A DNA stretch of 64,000 nt from Vicugna vicugna (taxonomy: Eukaryota), in the NCBI GenBank assembly GCA_013265495.1, contig MU057930.1:1752057-1816056 (forward strand), written 5' to 3'. How positions within the stretch are numbered: position 1 is the first letter of the stretch; each line of letters begins with the position of its first letter. The translations under genes were made by a program, and so were the position numbers. The notes below the pieces were generated by a model. That model saw nothing but the letters and a program-made list of their open reading frames with translations, did not search any database and had not been told where the DNA came from. Shown here piece by piece: positions 10,951-22,402 of this stretch.

Positions 10951-13900
10951 TCCCCACCAAGGACGCAGTCCAAAGATGCTAAAAGACTCTGCCATCATGA
11001 GCCCACCAGCCTCACTCATGACCTGCCAGGCAGAGAAGAAAATACAGTGGAGGGTTCCTGGAGAGAGGGCTCTGTGAGCTGCGATCTGGTGGACATCATA
11101 GAAAGAAGTGTTCCGTGGTCATCTAGAAAGACACCGTCCTCAAGAGAACCACTTCTAGAAAGCAGGTGAGTTGCAAGAGAATAAATCCATGTGAAGCCAG
11201 ACACAGATGCGAGACTCCAAGACAAGTGATTCAACTCAAGTCCGACCAACCATGGTTCGGAGGACCCCTTGCAGGACCCTGGAAACCAGATATGCCCCCA
11301 AGGTGATGTCCAGCTTTGGACACCGGCCACGCCCAGGAGTGAGTGACATCAGATTTCCCCTCCACTGCTCTTGTAAGAGTCTGCTTTTTCCTCTAGTGTC
11401 TTGTCTACTCTTGATGAGAAAAGGGGCCGACATGACCCTCCATTCCTATCGAATGGTTCTCCTGGTCTGGGGTTGACCCAAGAAAGCAGAGGGGAGAAGC
11501 TCTCTGCAGGAGAAACTGCAGTGAAGGGGAGTGGGTGATGACCCTCTGTGAGCGGCCGCTTGCCAGGTGTTCCACACAAAGGTGGGAAAGAAGGAGCAAG
11601 AGTGGGCTGAGGGATGAGCTGCCGAGGGAGTGACACTGCTTCCCGCTGGGGCTGTACCTCATACCCGGGGGGTCTGCTCCTCGTTTAGGGGACAGGAGGC
11701 TGCAGGGCTGATGGACACCTAATGGGGTATTTTACCCCAGACACTTCCCGAGCTTTGAGGACTGGAATAACGCAAGCCACCGGGTTCCTTGAATATCTTG
11801 TGTTTAACTGCCTGCACGACTGTAGTAAAAGTGATACATCCCCCAACCAAAATCAAGTCGGCAAATGCCTTCTGTCTTTTGCCGTGGAGAGCCTCACCAC
11901 CAGGTGACCCCTGAGACCGAACAGTATAAAGATGATGTCATATCTCCTGTGTCCCTTCTCCGAATGCCCGGCAGATCCCCAGGGACCACGAGAGTGTTCA
12001 CTCAGTGGCACCTCTGACCTCCTAAGCGTGCCTCGCAGTGGCCCCAAAGGGGATCTGGGGACAGTTCTGACCGACGTGCAGCATGGAAACCACAGTGAGG
12101 GAGCTTGGGATGTCCTGACACCGGCCACCCCCAATGTCCGTGGTATCTTAGCAGTACTTGCGATAACCCTTTCTGATGTGATTCCTTTGTCCCTGCGCCT
12201 CCAATGAACAGTCAAATGTCCTTTAATAATCCTTCTCAATTCCGTGACGTTTTTACAGGACTTTGCCCACCTCCCGGGGTAAAGCGTAGGAAACCCCTCG
12301 GTGAAGCACACGAATCCCAGGAAACAGAAAGAAATGTTAGCACGGAGGTACTGCTCTCTTCTCTGCACGAGGAACCCTGAATAAGACATTGCTTCTGTGC
12401 GCAGAAGGCAGCTCGGCCCTGTTAAACAAGAGGGCGGCGTTGGGACACAAAGATGCATCAGAGGGAAACCGGAGGGGTGGAATGTTTGCGTAGCAACATC
12501 TGGAAGAGTTTCACGCAGAGCATGCTGCTTCTGTCTGACTTATTTTTCACCAACGTGCAAAAAAAAAAAAAAGCAATGCAACAGCTAATGCATTTTGCAA
12601 AGTGGGGGCTGAGTTCTGCAGTGAGCAGCTGGAGACATCGGACCTTATTCTGGCCAGATGTTGGCCAGCAGTAAGACTTGGCTGGAGTTTAGCGACTATG
12701 AGTGTGCTGGGATTTACCCAATGGTTACATGCAGGCTTAGCAGCTGCACAGCAAAAGATGTGACGCTGGAGACAAGGCAGGGACAAAAATTTTAGTGGCC
12801 ATGACGGTAGACTTCTTAGGAGCTCCATGTGAAACATCCGAGGCTCAACGTCAAAGCAGCTCTGTTTGAGGGACCATCGAGGAAGCGCTTTATTGAACAG
12901 GGGGTGGCATCAGGCAGGGTGAGGATGTCGGGTGGTGCTGAATAAAAATAAAACATTGTGTTCCTTCAACAGCAAGAGCCCTTCTGAGTTCCCCCTGACA
13001 CCTGCAGCAATGCCCCTCCTCACTGCTTCGGTTCTGAGAGCTTGGAGCCTTGCTCTTCACTGGGCACCAGCTGTATACATGAATCCAGGCAGGCAGTGCC
13101 AGTTCTATGACTGTCTTTCTGCAAAGGAACCCTCTGTCCTGCATTTAAATGTCTTCTAAGCCTGGAACGCATTTCTCTATTACATGTCAGAAACCGAGAG
13201 GTGTCTTGTCGCACACAAAAAACCAGTTATGCCACCAAAGCGATGCCAGAGACACTTCAGAAAGGATTCCCTCGAAAGGCAGACCCTGTTTAGTCCTTCA
13301 ACACAGCAGCACCTCCGCTGACAGAAAGATCAGAATGAAATCAGCAAAGCGTATCTGATGGCCAAAGGTGATCCTGGACCTCAGCTGTGAAGCCTGAACT
13401 TCAGGTGAGTGCTCTCAAGATAAGAGTCTCACTGTGACACCGGTGACCACAACCTCCCTTTCGCCCTTGCCTCTGGGGTGTTCTTCTTTGCCGCCGAGCT
13501 GGATTCAGTCCTCTCTCTGCCCGCCTGGGTCACTGAAGTGCTGGAGGAGAAGAGAGGGCGAGAGGTCCGTGTCCAGCAGAGCCCGTGCGCTGCGGGAGGC
13601 GACAGGGGAGATCACGAGCAGCCGTCGCTTTGACGTGTGTCAGTGGGATGCTCGCGTGCGCAGGTGCGCGGCTCAAGGGATCACGCCGCCTGGACCTGCC
13701 TCAGACTTGATGGTGAGAATCCACGTCCTTTTTTGTTTTTTAGCGGAAAGTGAGGCAGTAGCATGGAAGGCACAGATAAGGAAGACAACGCCCTCTTAGA
13801 TACGTGTTGTGCCTATAGAAAAAGCCCGAAACAGATACTGTGCAGTAAGATACTGTGGTTACTATCAGTCCAGGTTGTTGCTGCTGTGTAAGGTGCACAG

Positions 13901-13994
13901 GACTTGAAATTCCCTTTCTTTTAGTGCCCACCTATTTTGGGGGAGCACAGGGGGAAAGGATTGCATTAACATAACAGACTTAGAGTCTGCGAAA

Positions 13995-14736
13995 GTTATA
14001 TATGTTGTATGTGCAATATATAAAATATAAATGCATAGATATATATGTACTGTTATATATTTATTATATAAATATAACTTAAATATTTATATGCACTGTA
14101 ACATTAAGACATTATATTAATATGCATCATGTCCTATGTACAATACCTAGAATAATATAATAATATATTTATATATATTAATACATATATTAATATGAAA
14201 TGAATGTATAGATACATTACATATAAATGCATACATTGTTATTGTCACATTAGATGTTATATGTAAATTATATATACATATATAAGAAGGCTTGGGGAAT
14301 TTTGTATATATATTTATATATAAGTAAGAAAAAGATACACATGCATGTATGTGATATATATTTACATACACACATATGTGTACATGTATGTATATTTATG
14401 AATATATGTGTTATTATAGCATATCTATAGCATATATGTACACATGCACATTTTAATGTTTATGTATATATTTTTGTGTGTATATGTGTGTATCTATACA
14501 TAAGTGTGCATATGTGTATATATGTGTGTATTTGCACCTGTGTGTATGTGTGTATATGTGCATGTATGTGTATATGTACATATGTGAGTGCATATGTGTA
14601 TATGTGTGTGTATATGTATATATTTATGTGGGTGTATATGTATATGCGTGTGCATATGTATACATGTGTGTATGCATGTATACATATGTGTGTGTATACA
14701 TGTGTGTATATATATGTATGTATGTGTGTATATGTA
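13995..14736. repeat. AT-rich low-complexity tract grading into (TATG/TGTA/TG)n simple repeat
   Basis: Directly visible TA, TATG and TGTG reiterations. Confidence 0.95.
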
Positions 14737-15784
14737 AGTTCCCACCTTCAGCCTGAGCAACTGTTTCGTCCACAGTCCCCTCAGAGCCCTTAGCACCCGC
14801 TGCCTACTCTTTATCAACCAAAATGACATCCCTGCAGAGAACACTCATTGTCTCCTGCTGGCAGCCGGGTCTTGGCAGTTCTGACGTGCAGCGGGGACGT
14901 GCGAAGCCAGCCTCCGGGAAGAGGAGAGCCCAGACGGGCTTCAGGCTGCGGTCAGGTGGGGCTGTGGCTGCCTCGCTCCACCGGCTCAGGGCAGACAGAC
15001 ACGAGAGGGGTGCATTCGGAGATGAAAATGAAGCCGGCTAGGAGGACGCTGGGCCTGGGCCGAGTGTGGGGAGGTGCACCAGGGAACGGGGGCAGAGAGA
15101 GGCGGGCAGGGCAGGGACGGGGAAGGACCACATGAACACCCAGTCCAGTATCTGCACACTTGGAGGTTTTCTCCCAAGGGGCACATGTGGATTTTTAAAA
15201 CATTATTCTATCGTTCGAATTACACAGAATTTGCAAGAAGGATAAAAGCAGTCTTCAGCCTTACCTTGAAATATTACTGTGAATATATGGCTATCAAGTT
15301 TACGGGCTTTTTACACATTTATGCTATTTAAAACTGTGAAAGTGAGATCACATTGTACACACTGCTCATCATTTTGACTTTTTAAAATTTGGAAGCACAT
15401 TTTGAAAGTTTTCTTTCGCTTCTCTGCCGTGCAAGTCTTTCCCCCAAACTAAACATTGATGGAAATTCCCTTCATCTTCTAGGAAAATATAAATGAACCA
15501 AATGAAGTGAAGAGAAAGGAGAATCATATGAAATTGTACGGGGGTCGGGGGGAGAAAGTGGGATTAAAAAAAAGTTATCACGGAAATACCTAGAATAAAG
15601 CCTTTTAAATCTAGACCAGTTGTGACAGGTGACCTCTTTCAAAGTATAGAACAAGAGATGACATCCAAGCCGTAGGGTCTGCCTCAGAGCACCGGGAGAA
15701 AGGGGAGCTTCAACCACATATGAACTTTCATTCCATTTGACAATTACTAGCACCTGACAATTCACTCATAGAAAATCAAGAGTT

Positions 15785-15900
15785 CTCTGATTATCTCCAC
15801 TTTATTGACGAGAAAGTCAGGACCAGAGAGGTTAAGTCAACTGCTCCATGTCACACAGCTCAGGAGGCCATAACATGGTGCTAACTTCATCACAGGCAAA
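15785..15900 (-). mobile_element. MIR SINE fragment
   Basis: CAGAGAGGTTAAGTCAACTGCTCCATGTCACACAGCT, MIR core. Confidence 0.7.
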
Positions 15901-16082
15901 GCCATAAAGCTGGAGAGATGCATCTTCCAGCAGCCCTAACCTGTCTTTGCTGAATACTGCACCTTGAAGATCTCTGCATTTCTTCTGATATTTCACAAAC
16001 ACTCTCTTGCTCTGGAAACTCAACATACAAAACTGGATTGTGCATCTTCTCATGTCCCCCACAGTTCCTACCAAGAACAGTA

Positions 16083-16942
16083 AAACAAAATAGAGCTACC
16101 ATATGATCCAGCAATCCCACTCCTGGGCATGTATCTGGAGGAAATTCTAATTTGAAAAGATACACACACCCCAGTGTTAATAGCAGCACTCTTTACACTA
16201 GCCAAGAAAACAACCTAAATGTCCATTGACAGATGACTGTATAAAGAAGCTGAGGTGTATTTATACAATGGAATACTACTCAGCCATAAAAAAGAATGAA
16301 ATAATGTCATTTGAAGCAACATGAATGGACATAGATTATCGTACTAATTGAAGTAAATCAGAGAAAGAGAAATACCATATGATAATACTTACATGTAGAA
16401 TCTAAAGTATGATACAAATGAATTTACTCACAAAACAGAAAGGGACTCACAGAGAAGGGGAGGGTCTAGCTCACTGGTAGACGGCATACTTAGCATGCAC
16501 GAGATCCTGAGTTCAATCCCCAGTACCGCCTCTAAAAATAAAGAAATCTAATTACTTCCTCCCCACAAAATAAAAAAATAATAGTTAAAATAAGCCAATA
16601 AGACAATTATAAATTAAATTTAAAAACAGAAACAGACTCACAGACATAGAAAGCAAAGTTACGGTTACCAAAGGGGAAATGGGGGGGGAGGGATAAATTA
16701 GGAGTTTGGGATTAACAGATACAAACTACTGTATGTAAAGCAGATAAACAACAAGGTCCTACTGTACAGCACAGGGAACTATATTTAGTATCCTGTAATC
16801 ACCTACAGTGAAAAAGAATATGAAATAGAATATGCATATACATACATATGTACAACTGAATGACTGGGCTGAAACCAGGAACGAATACAACATTGTAAAT
16901 CAACTGCACTTCAACATAAAAATTTTTACAAATTTAAAGATA
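16083..16942 (+). mobile_element. LINE-1 3' fragment interrupted by a SINE
   Basis: AAAATAGAGCTACCATATGATCCAGCAATCCCACTCCTGGGC through the 3' UTR to CACTTCAA plus an A-rich tail; the L1 resumes after the SINE at about 16622. Confidence 0.9.
16457..16621 (+). mobile_element. tRNA-derived SINE, vic-1-like (camelid), nested in L1
   Basis: GGGGAGGGTCTAGCTCACTGGTAGA (A box), GAGTTCAATCCC (B box), AT-rich tail; imperfect flanking duplication AAAACAGAAA..GACTCACAGA. Confidence 0.85.
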
Positions 16943-17754
16943 AGAAGAGTTCTACTCAGACACGTTTCTCAATACTAGCACCGTTTTGTAAAGATCTCCT
17001 GGCTGACATGATCCCAAGATACGGGAGTGATTTTGTATCACGTTTGTATCACGTTTTGTATCATGCGTCACCAACACAAGGAAATGAATTTTGTATCAAA
17101 CATATGCTATGATGTCTGGAGAAGATGGTGAAATATTTATTATTATCTGCAGAATCCGGGCATACAGTGAATGCACATCGGGTTTCTCTCCCAACAGCTA
17201 AAATGGCACATTTTAAATTGCCGTCGTCCCATCTTAAGAAAGTGCAAATACGTATCTTGCGTGTGAAGTAGATTCTTTGGAAAACTCTGTGCAGTTGGCC
17301 TCCTCGGCGCTGTAGAAATGACTGCCTCTCTCTGCCCTCTATTCACGAACACCCCCCCTTGCTGTGGGGAAGGCGTTTTGGCAGTAGCTCTTTCTAACAC
17401 TGAGCTTGAAAGCAAGCCAGACTCCCAATGGGCACCAAGACGGTGTTGACTCAGCCCTGACTTTTCCCGTCCATCTTTCCTGGTTAATTAGGAGCAGCTG
17501 GTTCTGCAAGGGGAGAAAATACATCCATATATATGGATGTATTTCCTCCTCCTCTCTGCTCACAACTGCTCTCCGCCTGCTAGCCTGGCTGGCAGCATGA
17601 ACACCCCCATGCTGTCCTAAACGCTCCCAGCTGTGGTTTAAAAGCCACAGGATTAATTACCAACCTAAAGAAACCTGAGTACAAAGTTCTGTATCGAAAA
17701 ATCTTCAAGCAGTCCATCGGCTTCTTTCCTAACCTGCTCCTCTTAAAATCTTTA

Positions 17755-18103
17755 AATAATCCAGGAATTCTACTCCTGAGCATCCATCTGGGGAAAAAAA
17801 CCCAAAACCTTGAAAATTCTAGTTTGAAAAGATGCATGCACCCCAGTATTCACAGCAGCACTATTAACAACAGCCGAGACATGGAAAGAACCTAAATGTC
17901 CGTCCACAGATGACTGGATAAAGAAGCTGTGGTATATTTATAGAGTGGAATACTACTCAGCCATAAAAAAGAATAAAATAATGCCATCTGCAGCAACATG
18001 GATGGACCTGGAGATGATCATTCTAAGTGAAGTAAATCAGAAAGAGAAAGAAAAAGACCATAAGATATCACTTATATGTGGAATCTAAAAAAAATGGGAA
18101 AAA
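17755..18103 (+). mobile_element. Young LINE-1 fragment (ORF2 end and start of 3' UTR)
   Basis: Same motifs as the 1012-1603 copy. Confidence 0.85.
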
Positions 18104-18106
18104 ATG

Positions 18107-18835
18107 TTACAATAGCCAAGACATGGAAGCAATCTAAATGTCCATCCACAGATGACTGGATAAAGAAGAAAAGTGGTGTGTATATGTATAAAATATACAT
18201 ATATTGCTTGGACTTAAGGGAAAGTTTATTCAGTCTTCTTCTGAAAGCAACCGAGTTTAAAAACAAGTTGAGGGTAACAGAGAAGAAAAAAACAGAGTCA
18301 GACATACGCAGACAGGTGGGGGGGGCAGGCACAGATCAGTATATAAACAGCACATCTTCTTTACTAATTTATTTGTTAGATATTCCACTTTATATATATA
18401 TATATACATATATATATATAATGGAATATTATTCCATCCATAAAAAATGAAATTCCGCAATTTGCAACAACTTGGATGGGCACAGAGAATATTATGTTGA
18501 GTGAAATAGGTCAGAGAAAGACAAATACTGTATGTTATCACTTAGAATGTGGAATCTAAACAGTAATTCAAATGAATGAATATGCAAAAACAGAAACAAG
18601 ACCGGTGGTTACCAATGGGGAGGGACGGGGGAGAGGTGGGATGGGGTGTAGGAAACTGAGAGGTGCAACCTACTGTGTATGCAATGGACAGGCTGCAGCG
18701 ATGGGATGCACAGCACAGAGAAATGTAGGCAGTACTGTGGGGTGACCTTAAACGTAAAAGTGTTGAGTGGCTACATTGTGCACCTGCGACTAACATGATG
18801 CCGCAAATCAATTACACTTCAATTTTAAAAGAATA
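18107..18835 (+). mobile_element. Older LINE-1 3' end with an internal non-L1 insertion
   Basis: TTACAATAGCCAAGACATGGAAGCAATCTAAATGTCC...TTTGCAACAACTTGGATGG...AAATCAATTACACTTCAATTTTAAAA; interrupted at about 18204-18390. Confidence 0.8.
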
Positions 18836-19036
18836 ATAAGCAAGCAAAGAAACAACATAGTTTTGGTAACCTACACTGCTATTTCTAAAATAAGTAGGGT
18901 ATGATCACCTTTCTCAAAACCTCATCAAAAAAGAGCCGTGATCGCTCATCAGAAACAAGAGAACATAGGCTCCATTTGTTACACAAATAAAAGTTTCTTT
19001 TGTATACATTGCTTGATCTCAAAAACTAGAATCAGA

Positions 19037-19143
19037 GGGGGAGGGTGTAGCTCAGTGGCAAAGTGTGTGCTTAGCGTGCACGAGGTCCTGGGTTCAAACC
19101 CCAGTCCCTCCATTAAAAAATAATCATAATAAAAATTAAAAAA
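19037..19143 (+). mobile_element. tRNA-derived SINE, vic-1-like, with TSD
   Basis: GGGGGAGGGTGTAGCTCAGTGG...GGGTTCAAACCCCAG plus A-rich tail; TSD AAAAACTAGAAT at 19021-19032 and 19144-19155. Confidence 0.9.
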
Positions 19144-19336
19144 AAAAACTAGAATGAAATACATTGGAAAACTAAGAGTGTATTTGTGAGAATCCACGGC
19201 TTTACAACTGCAAATAAACTACAGGGTGTCTTTGGTGTATATCTGCCTTCTTCATTTCATCTTGTTCTTCAAACCCAAGAAGCAATGCCCCTGAAGGAAC
19301 GCTCCCCTTGGGGTTTTAGCTCCATCAGAGTCTCTT

Positions 19337-19378
19337 CATGTTGCATTATGTTGCATTCATGTTGCATTCATGTTGCCA
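19337..19378. repeat. Short tandem repeat, about 4 x CATGTTGCATT
   Basis: catgttgcattatgttgcattcatgttgcattcatgttgcc. Confidence 0.85.
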
Positions 19379-19568
19379 GCTCTAAATTTCAGACCCTTGT
19401 CCCCAGTGTGGCTCACAAGTTGTAGCTGCTCTTGGACGGAAAGAAGAAATGGGAGTAATAACTTGTTCTACGGAATTTTGCTACAGCAAAGAAAGCCACC
19501 GTTCTGCAGTTAATCATTGACTCCAATGGCCAAAATCAGAGGGAAAAAAATGGTTCAGTGTGGATGCG

Positions 19569-19965
19569 TTTTTTTTTTTAATTGAAGTACAGTCAATTAC
19601 AATGTGTCAGTTCCTGGTGCACAGCACACTGTCCCAGTCATGCACATACATACATATATTTGTTTTCATATTTTTCTCATTAAAGGTTATTACAAGATAT
19701 TGAACATAGTTCCCTGAGCTACACAACAGAAACTTCTTTAAAAATCTATTTTTATATATAGTGGCTAACATCTGTAAATCTCAAACTCCCATATTTTCCC
19801 CTCCCACCCCCTTTTCCTGGTAACCATAAGACAGTTTACTAAGTCTGCAAGTCTGTCTCTGTTTTGCAGATGAGTTCATAGCGTCCTTTTTTGTTGCTGT
19901 GGTTAAGATTCCACATATGAGTGACATCACGTGGTATTTTTCTTTCTCTTTCCGGCTTCCTTCAC
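19569..19965 (-). mobile_element. 5'-truncated LINE-1 3' UTR
   Basis: Poly-T then AATTGAAGTACAGTCAATTACAATGTGTC (reverse L1 tail); imperfect TSD TTCAGTGTGG(A/C)TG(C/G)GTTTT. Confidence 0.9.
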
Positions 19966-21953
19966 TTCAGTGTGGCTGGGTTTTAATCAGCCACAGAAAA
20001 TAGAACGAATTACCAAAATCAGAGAAAAACATGGTTCAGACTGGATGGGTTGTTAACCAGCCACAGAAAATAGAACGATTAAAGTAAAATTCAAAGACAC
20101 TGGTTGTGACTACCTCCATCCAAGCGAGGTCCACGGGAGAGGTTGTCCGGGCTGTACTCGGCCCTCTGCCGTCCTCAACATCCCCTCCTCCCTAGAACAC
20201 AGGTGGCACTGTCTGACCAGACATGGAGATCAGACCCCTGCAAGGAAGGGACACAGCTCCTCTTTTCCCAGCTTCCTCAAATTCTGAAGGAGAGTCCAGT
20301 TAACATTACATTGCACTGACTGCACGGGAGCTCTCCTTTCTGCAACAAATACAAGGTTGGCTGGCGTTCAGATTCCTAGAGAAAAGCTGAAGGTTAATAG
20401 TTGAGAATACGCTGGTCAGTCCTTGTTGAGACTTCGGCATTGCTTCCTTTGTCATTCAGTTTATTTCATTCTCAGTCACCTGCCAAAGAACACAGCAGCC
20501 CCTGACCTCATAAAAGCACCTCCACTTCCTAACAGTGTCCACTCCAAGGCACGTCCGGCGTCCTTCTGCAGAGAATCACTTCACACGCGTCCACATCCTC
20601 CGAGTCCTCGCGAACCCTCTCTGACTCAATATCCCCTACGGTTTGCATTCTCCCCTTTTGCAACGTCGATGAACCCGGTTTTGCTCAGGGAGAGGGCTAT
20701 CGAGGGTGTATTTGTTTGAAGAGCACAAATGCCACCTGGGGAAAATACACTAGTGATGACCTCATAGGATCTTTGTAAGAACGAAATACGATAATCCATG
20801 CGAAAGTTGAGTAAAGTTATCAAAAGGTTCACGGCAGGTGATGAGTATGGTGTTAACCTAATATGTTGGTGGAGACGTGTGTTTGCCAGTGTGTGCGTCC
20901 GTGAGTCCAGCCAACCGTATCCTGGGGACAAGAAAACACTTCCTGGTCTGCAGAGCCTGAGGATTTTCACAAATCGTCATAGACTCACCCAAAATCAAGC
21001 AACTTGGGGAAGACATCTCAAACTGACATCAGGCTTGCTCCTCAAATCTGGACACTGAGTTGAATCAGAACAAGTGACGGAGAGAGCTCAGAGCGTCACC
21101 ACGGACGCTGCAGAAAATGCTACATTATTGTTACGATTCACACATGTTGGGCAGCTACTACATATTTTAGGAGTCCCTGTGGTTTTAAGTCAAAAGGTCT
21201 GACTACTTAGAAAAGGGATATAAAAGCCCTGAAGTTATGTAATTTTTTTTTAACCTCATAAAGGTCTGGATTGAGACTAACACATGTTAACGGTTCTCCG
21301 TGTAGGTCTGCAGTGGGATGGCGCTCAACCCCTCCCTGCCTTGGCGCACTGCTCGGTAGAGGAAAGAAAAGAGCATGTTTCCTTCACTTTGGTCTTTATG
21401 GACCGAACGGGGCATCACAAGCAAAAATCTTTGCAGCAGGGACGGCTAAAAAAAGCAGAAGGCATCATAAAAAAATCATTACTCTTGTGTCATATGACGA
21501 AATACCCCAGGCAGTAAGGAGGTCTCCCCACTCAGGTTTAACCACGTATCAGAACCTTCAAGAAGGCAGAAAATACCAAAAATTTAAAAAAAAAAAACCT
21601 GTTTCCTAAATACTTGCAGCATGAAAGCAAACAAGAGTCTTTGTAAGGAGTCTGGTTTCACTTGGCTGTTGTAAATTTTCACCCTCTGATGTACTGATTT
21701 TTGAATATACATTAAATATTTAAATTAACCCATTCTAATAAGCTTTCATGTGAAGACGTGATAGTTACTGATGAATGGAAGGTTTCTGGCCTTTTTTATT
21801 TTAACCTTTCTGCAATTCATTAGAATCTTTGTAAAAAAGGTATATTTTTGAAAGTCTATCTTTTTTTTTTAACTGCGCCGTTTCTAGTAAATCATGGTGA
21901 TCGGAGTATGTTTTTGGTTCATTCTCTTTTATGTAACCCAACGTGTCTAATCA

Positions 21954-22402
21954 TGAGGAAGGCTGGGACCTGACACCCCTGACTGCAACGCTTGCCCCTG
22001 GACAAACGTCTCCTCCAGCAACAGATACACAAATAAATTACAAGGGACTGAAAATAACCACATGTATGTGCAGTTGGGGCAAATTATGAACAAGACACAA
22101 AAAGGCCAAACCCAACTGCCACTTCTGAGCTGCCAGGAGCAAAGGCAGGTGCCAGGTGAGATCTGTGCACTCGCTCCACCACAGGGGAGGGCAGACCCCC
22201 AGGACCACCCCTCCACCCAACCCACCCATCCACCCCATTTTAGGAGCCAGCCCACCCTCAGCTAGGGGAGTAAGCGAGGACAACTGTTACTTGCTCTCGT
22301 TCCCTCGTGCACCAGTCCCTGTAAAGCATCTCCTGAATTCCGCATCTGACTGCTTATCAATATCCACTGATTACAGAACCCAAAAACCGTGGGTCAGCAT
22401 CA
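21954..22402 (+). mobile_element. Solo LTR, ERV1-class
   Basis: Starts TG, ends CA, 449 bp, with 4-bp TSD ATCA at 21950-21953 and 22403-22406. A 4-bp TSD is typical of class I ERVs. Orientation is inferred. Confidence 0.75.

Noticed and set aside
11853..12458. 201-aa ORF on the NLGN4 strand
   Set aside because: No neuroligin or other recognisable similarity, and GC-rich intron readily yields such ORFs
12640..12890. Possible CR1/L3 relic
   Set aside because: The resemblance is too weak to support without an alignment
14476..14844. Cys/Val/Tyr- and His/Thr-rich ORFs
   Set aside because: Translations of the (TATG/TG)n simple repeat
19037..19115. tRNA-like sequence with A and B boxes (also at 16457, 41770 and 58730)
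   Set aside because: Multiple diverged copies with A-rich tails and TSDs mark these as SINEs, not tRNA genes
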